Below the pieces are notes generated by a model. That model had not been told where the DNA came from, searched no databases, and saw nothing but the letters and a program-made list of their open reading frames with translations. Below, piece by piece: positions 9,021-18,604 of a stretch of 64,000 nt of DNA (position 1 is its first letter; the number at the start of each line of letters is the position of its first letter). Made by a program: the position numbers and the translations under genes. The stretch comes from an uncultured Streptococcus sp. Lineage in GTDB: Bacteria; Bacillota; Bacilli; Lactobacillales; Streptococcaceae. Location: NCBI RefSeq assembly GCF_905372115.1, contig NZ_CAJPNR010000004.1, forward strand, positions 3,062 through 67,061, in the 5' to 3' direction.

Positions 9021-9235
9021 ATAAAAAGAGAATTATTAAAAGGGAGTGAATTTATCGAGTTAAGGTTCTAAAAATACTTATTTACTGTTCTGAAGAAGCA
9101 GTAAAACAAGAAGGACTAACAGGTCCATGTCTGTCACCAGGTCCAATCCTTACTTGAAACTGGAAAAACAAAGACAAATAAGTCTCTCAGTTTTTGTAAA
9201 GAAAAGGACTAGATTTAAGAGAAATTCATTTTTAA

Positions 9236-10567
<1,332 letters not shown>

Positions 10568-10582
10568 GCAAATGTGAAATCC

Positions 10583-10630
10583 TCCCCTTTTTCTGTTGAC
10601 GGTTTCTAGAAGTAGAAAAAGGGGGATTTT
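10583..10630 (+). terminator. Intra-operon stem-loop / partial terminator after the binding-protein gene
   Basis: TCCCCTTTTTC ... GAAAAAGGGGGA stem followed by TTTT. Confidence 0.6.
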
Positions 10631-10662
10631 GTTAGAAAATCTTGAAAGAGGGGTACCTCATT

Positions 10663-11550
10663 GTGAAAGTCAATAAAATCAGAATGAAAGAAACCCTAGT
10701 ATCATACGCGTTTTTAGCTCCAATACTGATATTTTTCACGGTATTTGTCTTGGCACCTATGATTATGGGTTTTGTTACTAGTTTTTTTAACTATACGATG
10801 ACCTCCTTTACTTTTGTCGGATTTGATAATTATATTCGGATGTTTAAAGATCCGGTCTTTATGAAATCGCTGATTAATACGGTCATTATCGTGGTCGGCT
10901 CTGTGCCGATTGTAGTTCTCTTCTCTTTGTTTGTGGCTTCGCAGACTTATGAGATGAATGCTGTCTCTCGTTCCTTTTACCGTTTTGTATTCTTCCTGCC
11001 AGTTGTTACAGGGAGCGTAGCTGTGACGGTCGTATGGAAATGGATCTACGATCCGCTGTCTGGTATTTTGAACTTTGTTTTGAAGTCAGGCCATGTCATC
11101 AATCAAAATATTTCTTGGCTTGGGGATAAACATTGGGCATTGCTAGCGATTATCATTATTCTCTTAACAACTTCTGTGGGCCAGCCTATCATTCTCTATA
11201 TCGCAGCAATGGGAAATATTGATAATTCTCTAGTTGAGGCTGCACGAGTGGATGGTGCAACAGAAATGCAAGTCTTCTGGAAGATCAAATGGCCTAGCCT
11301 GCTTCCAACAACCCTTTACATTGCTATCATTACTACAATTAACTCATTCCAGTGTTTTGCCTTGATTCAGCTCTTGACATCAGGCGGACCTAATTATTCA
11401 ACCAGTACGCTCATGTACTATCTGTATGAAAAAGCCTTCAAGTTATCTGAATACGGCTATGCTAATACCATGGGAGTCTTTTTAGCAGTCATGATTGCCA
11501 TCATCAGCTTTGCCCAATTCAAGATTCTTGGAAACGATGTAGAATACTAG
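10663..11550 (+). CDS. ABC transporter permease (SatB-like)
   Basis: 6-TM MalF/UgpA-type permease with an EAA-like loop (EAARVDGATEMQVFWKIKWP). Start is uncertain: TTG 10642, GTG 10663 (after AGAGGGG) or ATG 10684. Confidence 0.85.
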   Translation: MKVNKIRMKETLVSYAFLAPILIFFTVFVLAPMIMGFVTSFFNYTMTSFTFVGFDNYIRMFKDPVFMKSLINTVIIVVGSVPIVVLFSLFVASQTYEMNAVSRSFYRFVFFLPVVTGSVAVTVVWKWIYDPLSGILNFVLKSGHVINQNISWLGDKHWALLAIIIILLTTSVGQPIILYIAAMGNIDNSLVEAARVDGATEMQVFWKIKWPSLLPTTLYIAIITTINSFQCFALIQLLTSGGPNYSTSTLMYYLYEKAFKLSEYGYANTMGVFLAVMIAIISFAQFKILGNDVEY

Positions 11551-11566
11551 AGAAAGGAGAAAGAAG

Positions 11567-12397
11567 ATGCAAACTAAAAAAATGAACGTTTTTAAGGTGG
11601 TATCAGGCTTTGTTTTGGCCATATTAACCATCCTCTTTGTCTTTCCTTTCTATTGGATTTTGACAGGAGCTTTCAAGTCTCAACCAGCAACGATTGTCAT
11701 TCCGCCAGAATGGTGGCCAAAAATGCCAACGGTTGAAAACTTCCAGCAATTGATGGTGCAAAATCCAGCCATGCAATGGATGTGGAATAGTGTTTTCATT
11801 TCGCTTGCGACCATGTTTCTGGTCTGTGCTACTTCTTCTTTGGCAGGATATGTTTTGGCCAAGAAGCGGTTCTATGGTCAACGGATTCTTTTTGCCATCT
11901 TCATTGCGGCCATGGCTTTGCCTAAGCAAGTAGTACTGGTACCATTAGTGCGTATTGTTAATTTCATGGGAATTCACGATACCTTGGCTGCAGTAATCTT
12001 ACCGTTGGTTGGCTGGCCTTTCGGAGTTTTTCTAATGAAGCAGTTCAGTGAAAATATCCCGACAGAGCTTCTTGAGTCTGCAAAGATCGACGGTTGTGGC
12101 GAAATTCGGACTTTCTGGAGTGTTGCTTTCCCGATTGTCAAACCGGGCTTTGCGGCTCTAGCTATTTTCACCTTTATCAATACCTGGAACGACTACTTTA
12201 TGCAGCTGGTTATGTTGACATCTCGTCAGAATCTGACAATCTCGCTCGGGGTTGCGACTATGCAGGCTGAAATGGCAACCAACTATGGCCTCATTATGGC
12301 TGGAGCAGCTTTGGCTGCAGTGCCAATTGTGGCAGTCTTCCTCATCTTCCAAAAATCCTTCACACAAGGAATCACGATGGGAGCTGTTAAGGGATAG
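11567..12397 (+). CDS. ABC transporter permease (SatC-like)
   Basis: MalG/UgpE-type permease, EAA loop ESAKIDGCGEIRTFWSVAFP; AAGGAGA RBS. Confidence 0.9.
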   Translation: MQTKKMNVFKVVSGFVLAILTILFVFPFYWILTGAFKSQPATIVIPPEWWPKMPTVENFQQLMVQNPAMQWMWNSVFISLATMFLVCATSSLAGYVLAKKRFYGQRILFAIFIAAMALPKQVVLVPLVRIVNFMGIHDTLAAVILPLVGWPFGVFLMKQFSENIPTELLESAKIDGCGEIRTFWSVAFPIVKPGFAALAIFTFINTWNDYFMQLVMLTSRQNLTISLGVATMQAEMATNYGLIMAGAALAAVPIVAVFLIFQKSFTQGITMGAVKG

Positions 12398-12401
12398 AAA
12401 T

Positions 12402-12854
12402 ATGATTTTTGATCAATTAGAGAATCTTGTTCGCTATCGAGGGATTCACGAAAATATCGATACAGCCATTGATTATCTCCTGAGTCACGATGTATCTAAT
12501 CTAAACTCAGGGCGCTATGAAGTAGATGGTGATAGGGTCTTCTTCTTTTTGCAGGAAAATACTCTCAGTCAGCAGCAAGAGGAAAGCTTTGAATTTCACC
12601 AGAGATACTTGGACCTGCACTTTCTTTTGGAAGGGCATGAACTGATCCAATATGGCTGTCAGATTAGAGAAGTTCAGGAAGCCTATGATGAAGGGCGAGA
12701 TATTGGTTTTGTTGTTTGCAAACAGACTTATCCGCTCTTGTTAGACGGTTTCAATTTTGCTGCTTTTTTGCCAGAAGAAGCCCACCAGCCTAATCAATTT
12801 GCTGGCAGAGAAGAGACAGTTAAAAAGTGTGTATTTAAAGTTTTGTTGGATTAA
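12402..12854 (+). CDS. YhcH/YjgK/YiaL (DUF386) family protein
   Basis: 150 aa starting MIFDQLENLVRY...; ATG at 12402 is 5 nt after the permease stop. The ORF-track start 12252 overlaps the permease gene. The family is common in nan clusters. Confidence 0.75.
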   Translation: MIFDQLENLVRYRGIHENIDTAIDYLLSHDVSNLNSGRYEVDGDRVFFFLQENTLSQQQEESFEFHQRYLDLHFLLEGHELIQYGCQIREVQEAYDEGRDIGFVVCKQTYPLLLDGFNFAAFLPEEAHQPNQFAGREETVKKCVFKVLLD

Positions 12855-12875
12855 TATTTGAAAAGGAGGCTAGCA

Positions 12876-13526
12876 ATGGATAAAAGAGGTGCTCGATTGA
12901 TAGAGACTATTTTTGATACGGATAATTTCTTTATGCAGATTTGTGAGAAAATCCTTGATTTAGCGACAGTAAACTTGCTTTTTCTGCTGACATCTCTGCC
13001 TCTTCTAACCATCGGTATTGCGAAGCTAAGCCTCTATCAAACTCTTTTTGAGATCAAAGGCGGTCGTCGTGTAAAAGTAACGGCTGTCTATATCAAGGCC
13101 TTCCGAGAAAATTGGCAGTTGGGCTTCAAGTTGGGCCTGCTGGAGCTGATGCTGTCTGCTATCAGTATTTTTGACCTTCTTCTTATCTGGGGTCAGGAGG
13201 CTCTACCTTTTCAAATACTGAAAGTTGCCTGCTTTGCTCTTCTTATCTTTACAACAGCGCTTTTTCTGTGTGTTTATCCACTGGCTGGCCGATTTGAGCA
13301 GTCTCTTATAGGTGGGTTACAGACTAGTCTAGTTTTGCTCAGTCTTAACTTTCCTTGGTTTTTCCTGATGATAGCTATTCTAGTAGCTATTTTGACAGTG
13401 CTTCTTAGTTCAGGACTTTTACTTTTACTAGGGCTATCGCTCTTTGTTTTAATCGGTTTTGCTGGATTGGCCTTCACGCAGATTACTGTTTTAGAGAAGA
13501 TTTTTGCCAAATACGAAAAGCCTTAA
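12876..13526 (+). CDS. DUF624/YesL-like membrane protein
   Basis: ATG at 12876 after AAGGAGG; about 6 TM; this family often accompanies sugar ABC operons. Confidence 0.7.
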   Translation: MDKRGARLIETIFDTDNFFMQICEKILDLATVNLLFLLTSLPLLTIGIAKLSLYQTLFEIKGGRRVKVTAVYIKAFRENWQLGFKLGLLELMLSAISIFDLLLIWGQEALPFQILKVACFALLIFTTALFLCVYPLAGRFEQSLIGGLQTSLVLLSLNFPWFFLMIAILVAILTVLLSSGLLLLLGLSLFVLIGFAGLAFTQITVLEKIFAKYEKP

Positions 13527-13560
13527 TTTATAGAAATTCTAGATTTGGAGATAAAAGAAA

Positions 13561-14478
13561 ATGAAAAATATGACCAAATACCAAGGTGTCATTCCTGCTT
13601 TCTACGCTTGCTATGACGAGGAAGGTGAAATCAGCCCGGAGCGGACTCGCGCTTTAGTGGAATATTTCATCGCCAAGAGCGTACAAGGTCTTTATGTCAA
13701 CGGTTCTTCGGGCGAGTGTATCTATCTGAGTGTAGAAGACCGAAAACGGGTTCTAGAAGAAGTGATGAAAGTTGCTAAGGGGCGTCTGACTATCATTGCC
13801 CATGTGGCTTGCAACAATACTAAAGACAGCGTGGAGCTGGCTCGTCATGCGGAAAGTTTGGGAGTCGATGCTATTGCAGCTATTCCGCCGATTTATTTCC
13901 GTTTGCCAGAGTATTCGGTTGCCCAATATTGGAATGACATCAGTGCGGCGGCGCCTAATACTGATTTCGTGATTTATAATATCCCTCAGCTGGCTGGTGT
14001 AGCCTTAACTCCTAGCCTTTACAAGGAAATGCTCAAGAATGAGCGCGTGATTGGTGTGAAGAACTCTTCAATGCCAGTGCAGGATATTCAGACCTTTGTA
14101 GCTCTTGGGGGAGAAGATCATGTGGTCTTTAATGGTCCAGATGAGCAATTCTTAGGTGGCCGTCTTATGGGTGCTGCAGCCGGTATCGGTGGTACATACG
14201 GGGCTATGCCAGAGCTCTTTCTCAAACTCAATCAATTGATTGCTGACAAGGAATTGGAACGGGCTAAAGAATTGCAATATGCGATAAATGCAATCATCGG
14301 AAAATTAACCAGTGCCCGCGGCAATATGTACGCTGTTATAAAGGGTGTTTTGGAAATTAATGAAGGCTTGACCATCGGATCTGTCCGTTCTCCTCTAACA
14401 CCGCTACACGAAAGTGATCGGCCAATTGTGGAAGAAGCTGCTCAATTGATTAGACAAACCAAGGAGCAATTTTTATAA
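13561..14478 (+). CDS. nanA: N-acetylneuraminate lyase (DHDPS/NAL family)
   Basis: 305 aa DapA-like TIM barrel (GLYVNGSSGE, YNIP, GVKNSS with catalytic Lys context). Confidence 0.9.
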   Translation: MKNMTKYQGVIPAFYACYDEEGEISPERTRALVEYFIAKSVQGLYVNGSSGECIYLSVEDRKRVLEEVMKVAKGRLTIIAHVACNNTKDSVELARHAESLGVDAIAAIPPIYFRLPEYSVAQYWNDISAAAPNTDFVIYNIPQLAGVALTPSLYKEMLKNERVIGVKNSSMPVQDIQTFVALGGEDHVVFNGPDEQFLGGRLMGAAAGIGGTYGAMPELFLKLNQLIADKELERAKELQYAINAIIGKLTSARGNMYAVIKGVLEINEGLTIGSVRSPLTPLHESDRPIVEEAAQLIRQTKEQFL

Positions 14479-14511
14479 GCAACAGGATAAACACTAGAGA
14501 GAAGGTGTGCT

Positions 14512-15396
14512 ATGAAACACTATGTTGCCATTGATATTGGCGGTACCAATATCAAGTATGGCTTGATCAACGAGGCTGAGACCTTGGTGGAAGCACATGA
14601 AATGCCGACAGAGGCCCACAAAGGTGGTCCGGGAATTATGCAAAAGGTTGAAGCGATTGTTGCAGCCTATTTAGAAAAAGGACCTCTGGCTGGGATTTGT
14701 ATTTCTTCGGCTGGTATGGTGGATCCAGACAAGGGTGAAATTTTCTATGCTGGGCCACAGATTCCTAATTACGCTGGGACCCAGTTCAAAAAAGTGCTGG
14801 AAGAAACATTCTCCCTGCCTTGTGAGATTGAAAATGATGTCAACTGTGCTGGTCTGGCGGAGGCTATGTCGGGTAGTGGCAAGGGAGCGAAGATTGCCCT
14901 TTGTTTGACAATCGGTACAGGTATTGGAGGCTGTCTGGTCGTAGATGGTCAGGTCTTCCATGGCTTTAGTAACTCTGCTTGTGAGGTCGGATACCTGCAT
15001 CTACCAGACGGAGCTTTCCAAGATGTGGCATCTACAACAGCTCTGGTCAATTATGTGGCTGAGCTACATGGAGAAGACGCAGAGTATTGGAATGGCCGTC
15101 GGATTTTCAAAGAAGCAACTGAGGGCAATAAACTCTGTATCGAAGGCATCGATCGCATGGTTGGCTATCTGGGTCAAGGAATTGCCAATATCTGCTATGT
15201 CGTTAATCCAGAAGTTGTTATTCTAGGCGGAGGCATCATGGGACAAGAAGCTATCCTTAGACCGCGTATTCAGGCGGCTTTGCAGGATGCTTTGGTTCCA
15301 AGCATTGCTGACAAAACCAAACTGGCCTTTGCTCATCATCAAAATACTGCGGGTATGTTTGGAGCCTACTATCATTTCAAAAATAGACAAGTTTAA
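14512..15396 (+). CDS. nanK: ROK-family N-acetylmannosamine kinase
   Basis: N-terminal DIGGTNIKYG ATP motif and ROK signature with CxCG-like region (CEVGYLH). Confidence 0.85.
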   Translation: MKHYVAIDIGGTNIKYGLINEAETLVEAHEMPTEAHKGGPGIMQKVEAIVAAYLEKGPLAGICISSAGMVDPDKGEIFYAGPQIPNYAGTQFKKVLEETFSLPCEIENDVNCAGLAEAMSGSGKGAKIALCLTIGTGIGGCLVVDGQVFHGFSNSACEVGYLHLPDGAFQDVASTTALVNYVAELHGEDAEYWNGRRIFKEATEGNKLCIEGIDRMVGYLGQGIANICYVVNPEVVILGGGIMGQEAILRPRIQAALQDALVPSIADKTKLAFAHHQNTAGMFGAYYHFKNRQV

Positions 15397-15414
15397 CCTG
15401 AGATTTTTCTCAGG
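15397..15414 (+). terminator. Weak hairpin after nanK
   Basis: CCTGAGA-tttt-TCTCAGG, followed by only a weak T tract. Confidence 0.4.
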
Positions 15415-15441
15415 TTCCTTGTCTTTTAAGAGGAAAATCAA

Positions 15442-15771
15442 ATGGCAGAAAGAAGTTTCATTCAGGAAGCTGCTCAGCTTCTAGGTTCTTTGATGGAAGA
15501 TTTTCAAAAGAAGGCAATTCGGTCAAGAGATGAAATCCGCTTTTACGAGTGCTTAGCAGAAGTTTTAAGGAGCTTGGAGAAAACCAAGGCCCTGGATAAC
15601 CGTCTTCTCATTGCTCTTGAAAGCTTCCATAAAAGTGCTAGTTTTTTAATTGGTCTTAGTAGCCTCAAACTGGATCAGCCTACTTATCAAAAGTGGCGTG
15701 CCTACGATGCCTTTCATATGGAAAAAGTTCAGCCCCAATTAGAAATCTATGGGCCAATCCTCCCCTTGTGA
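15442..15771 (+). CDS. Hypothetical small helical protein (109 aa)
   Basis: ORF with a plausible start 45 nt after nanK; no family confidently recognised. Confidence 0.5.
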   Translation: MAERSFIQEAAQLLGSLMEDFQKKAIRSRDEIRFYECLAEVLRSLEKTKALDNRLLIALESFHKSASFLIGLSSLKLDQPTYQKWRAYDAFHMEKVQPQLEIYGPILPL

Positions 15772-15802
15772 AAGAAAGAGGAAAAATTTAGACCAAAAAA
15801 GA

Positions 15803-15832
15803 AAACGAGTCAGAAAATCCTGATTCGTTTTT
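15803..15832. terminator. Bidirectional terminator between convergent genes
   Basis: AAACGAGTCAG-aaaatc-CTGATTCGTTT with flanking A and T tracts. Confidence 0.75.
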
Positions 15833-15869
15833 ATCGTTTGTGGGTATTGCGGCGGTAGTAGGTTGAAGT

Positions 15870-16934
15870 CTATCGGGGTTTCACTTCAATAGGGTCAAGG
15901 CCAAATAAATAATTATCTCTAGGAACAATTGTAGCTTTAATATGGACATTTTGATTTATTCCAGTGACTCCTTGTTTAGATAGATTGGTAAGACTAACTC
16001 TATGAAGTTGGAAAGCTGGACCTGTGAGTGCTCCTGTATCGCCTGCATAAATCAGTACATCAGCATTATATTTTGTATTCGTAAGGCGTTGGATGTCCGC
16101 GATATATCCATCAAATTCAACAACTTTCCCAGAATATTTCTTTGTAAATTCTTTTATTTTTCCCTCTTCATCAGTTTGTAGAATGGATGCAAATTCGGCA
16201 TTGTTTTCGGTAGTTATTACTTCTTGAGTAGAAGAACTAGAGTTTTGTATGTTCTTTTCAGTTGAAGCGGCTGCACTGGAATTTTCAACATCACTCACAG
16301 GTGATTTTTCTTCAGTTGTCTGTTCAGGAAAAGTGTGGTAAGAAACAATTATTTCAGTATCTTTATTAATTTTTTCATTTTTCTTGAAATCTGTTATTCC
16401 ATCTACTTTAACTTGATCAATTGTTCCATCTTTTTTTAACCACCCAAATACCAAATCATCAATTTTTTCAGTTTTTATGTTAGTGAATCCAGCTTTTTTC
16501 AGTTTTTTAACAATATCTTTATAATTTTGTTTTGAAATTTCTTTAGAAGAAAAGGGGAGACTAATTAAATTCTCATCCGCTTCGTTGGAAGCAAAAGAGT
16601 GATATGAGATAGTAATTAAGGAATCCTTTCGAAATTTATCACTACTGTTGAATTTTGTTTTTCCGTCAATTTTAACTTCTTCAACATCACCATTTTCAAT
16701 GTCCCCTTCTTTAGTAAAAACTCCGAGTGGTAAATCCTTAATTTCATTGGTTTTTATATTAGTAAAACCTGCATCGTTTAACTTTTTGATAACGTTTTGA
16801 TATTCTTGATATTTAGCTTCTTTACTGGAAATAGTTACCTTAATGGAATCCGTAGAATTCGCGTTGACAACATAAGCAGTTTGTAATGAAGTTAATAATA
16901 AACCGCAAGAAAGATAAATTCCTAATTTTTTCAT
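15870..16934 (-). CDS. Secreted protein with two tandem ~75-aa repeats and a distinct C-terminal domain; AT-rich gene
   Basis: N-terminal signal peptide (MKKLGIYLSCGLLLTSLQTAYVVNA). Repeats at aa ~36-113 and ~129-202 share KKLxxAGFTNIKTxxIxDL...V(K)(I/V)DG...SYH(S/T)F. A Ser/Thr/Glu linker follows. Confidence 0.7.
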   Translation of the reverse strand: MKKLGIYLSCGLLLTSLQTAYVVNANSTDSIKVTISSKEAKYQEYQNVIKKLNDAGFTNIKTNEIKDLPLGVFTKEGDIENGDVEEVKIDGKTKFNSSDKFRKDSLITISYHSFASNEADENLISLPFSSKEISKQNYKDIVKKLKKAGFTNIKTEKIDDLVFGWLKKDGTIDQVKVDGITDFKKNEKINKDTEIIVSYHTFPEQTTEEKSPVSDVENSSAAASTEKNIQNSSSSTQEVITTENNAEFASILQTDEEGKIKEFTKKYSGKVVEFDGYIADIQRLTNTKYNADVLIYAGDTGALTGPAFQLHRVSLTNLSKQGVTGINQNVHIKATIVPRDNYLFGLDPIEVKPR

Positions 16935-17026
16935 AATAAGCTCCTTTTAACCTTTTAGTTAGAGTATAACATAACAAGTAGGACAATAATATAATTTGTA
17001 AAATTATTTCAATATTTATTTTCTTG

Positions 17027-17866
17027 TTATCTTCTCCGATAATAACCATTCAATTTCTGATTCTCCCAAAAGCTGTTAAAGATTCTTTCTTTCTTCTCGC
17101 GGTTAATCTCGAGGAAAAAGGCATAGATGAGGTCAATCATGAGAAGCATGGGGAATTGTGCGGAAATCCGTAGGATAAACTCAGGCTTGCTTTGAAGGGC
17201 AACAGGAACGACTTCAGTGAAGTCTTCTTGAATCTTTTCAGGTTGTCCAGTCACCAAGATGGTTTTTGCTCCCATATTTTTAGCGTCAATCAAGCTGTCA
17301 ATGATGGACTGGGTCTGTCCGGATAGAGAAAATCCGATAACGAGGCAGTTCTTGTCCAGAATACTAGTTGTCCAAGCGAAGCCATCTTGGTCGGTTAGGG
17401 CTTCACAAACGACTCCCAGTCTCATGAAGCGCAGCTTCATATCACGTGCTACTAAGCCTGAGCTCCCTGTTCCAAAGAAATAAACACGGTCGGCCTCTTC
17501 TATGATTTGAGCCACTCGCTTCAGCTTTTCCTCATCTATCAGTTCTTTTGTCTGCTGGTGGATTTGATTGTAGTTGTACAAGACATGACGGGATAAGCTG
17601 CTTTGCATATTATCCGCCTCGATTTGCGACTTTTGTAGGTCCTGTAAATATTGAAAGCTAAATTCCCGATAACCTTTAAAGCCACATTTTTTGGCGAAAC
17701 GGGTCAAGGCTGCTTGAGAAATGTGCAAGGTTTGAGCGACTTGCAAAGAGGGTAAATCCTCTTGAATACTATTTGGATTCAAAAAATAGTGACCAATCCT
17801 CTGTTCCAAGTCGGTCATCTTGTCAAGATGGCTCTCAATGATAGCCAAGATATTTTGCTGACTCAT
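17027..17866 (-). CDS. RpiR-family transcriptional regulator (HTH_6 + SIS domain), NanR-like by context
   Basis: N-terminal HTH (LHISQAALTRFAKKCGFKGYREF) and C-terminal SIS domain (YFFGTGSSG). Confidence 0.85.
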   Translation of the reverse strand: MSQQNILAIIESHLDKMTDLEQRIGHYFLNPNSIQEDLPSLQVAQTLHISQAALTRFAKKCGFKGYREFSFQYLQDLQKSQIEADNMQSSLSRHVLYNYNQIHQQTKELIDEEKLKRVAQIIEEADRVYFFGTGSSGLVARDMKLRFMRLGVVCEALTDQDGFAWTTSILDKNCLVIGFSLSGQTQSIIDSLIDAKNMGAKTILVTGQPEKIQEDFTEVVPVALQSKPEFILRISAQFPMLLMIDLIYAFFLEINREKKERIFNSFWENQKLNGYYRRR

Positions 17867-18152
17867 AAAATCACTTTCTTCATGGGATAATGTTTATTAA
17901 AAGTTTAGGGCTGTTCTGGCTGGAAGGTACATTTGAAGCCACTTTTACTATTCTGCCATTCTATATTTGTCTTAGAATTTGTTTATATTATAACATAGTT
18001 ATAGACAAATAAACCGTTTGCAAGACTGAAACTTATCAAGAGTGTACAGCTGAGACTGATTTGTAAGTATTGAAATGAATCAAATCTATATGGGCTTTTC
18101 CTATCAGTTTGAGATAGATGTTTAGCAATCTCTGACTGTTTTTCTGAAAATA

Positions 18153-18161
18153 TGTTATAAT
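18153..18161 (+). promoter_or_regulatory. Extended -10 of the V-ATPase operon promoter
   Basis: TGtTATAAT with a weak -35 (CTGACT, 18132-18137); TTTCTGAAAA half-site lies in the spacer. Confidence 0.5.
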
Positions 18162-18280
18162 TTATGCAAGTACGAAGCTGTATTCCAGAAGATGAGTTTG
18201 CCAGATGGTTGGACAGTCAGCCAGGAATGCAGATTTTAAAATCCGTTTTCGAAGGTTTTTGAAAACGAGGGGGTGAATAG

Positions 18281-18604
18281 ATGGCCAATGAAACACTTGA
18301 AAAAATGCAGGAAATTGAAACTGCTGCAGAAGAAGTTTTGATGGGCTACAGGACACAGGCTCAGGAGCTGCGACAGCAGGTAGATGAAAATCTCAGACAG
18401 CTAGGTCTGACTTATGACGATGAAACGCAGAAGCTGGCTGAGGAATTAACCGCGACTTCTCAGCAAAAGTTGGTGCACCTGCAGCAAGACTTGGAGCAGA
18501 CAACCCAGCAGAATGAGGACAAGGTTGCGGCTGCGCTGACAGATAAGAAAGCAGACTTGGCGCGAGTCATTGTAGAGAAGGTGGTAGAAGCCTATGGCCA
18601 TTAG
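18281..18604 (+). CDS. Small coiled-coil V-ATPase peripheral-stalk subunit (G-like; first gene of ntp operons)
   Basis: 107 aa, Glu/Gln/Leu-rich helical protein; GAGGGGG RBS; overlaps the next gene by 11 nt. Confidence 0.6.
   Translation: MANETLEKMQEIETAAEEVLMGYRTQAQELRQQVDENLRQLGLTYDDETQKLAEELTATSQQKLVHLQQDLEQTTQQNEDKVAAALTDKKADLARVIVEKVVEAYGH

Noticed and set aside
16840-17049. 69-aa minus-strand ORF bridging the RpiR gene end and the secreted-protein gene start.
   Set aside because: It overlaps both neighbouring genes and the AT-rich promoter region, and it has a low-complexity sequence.
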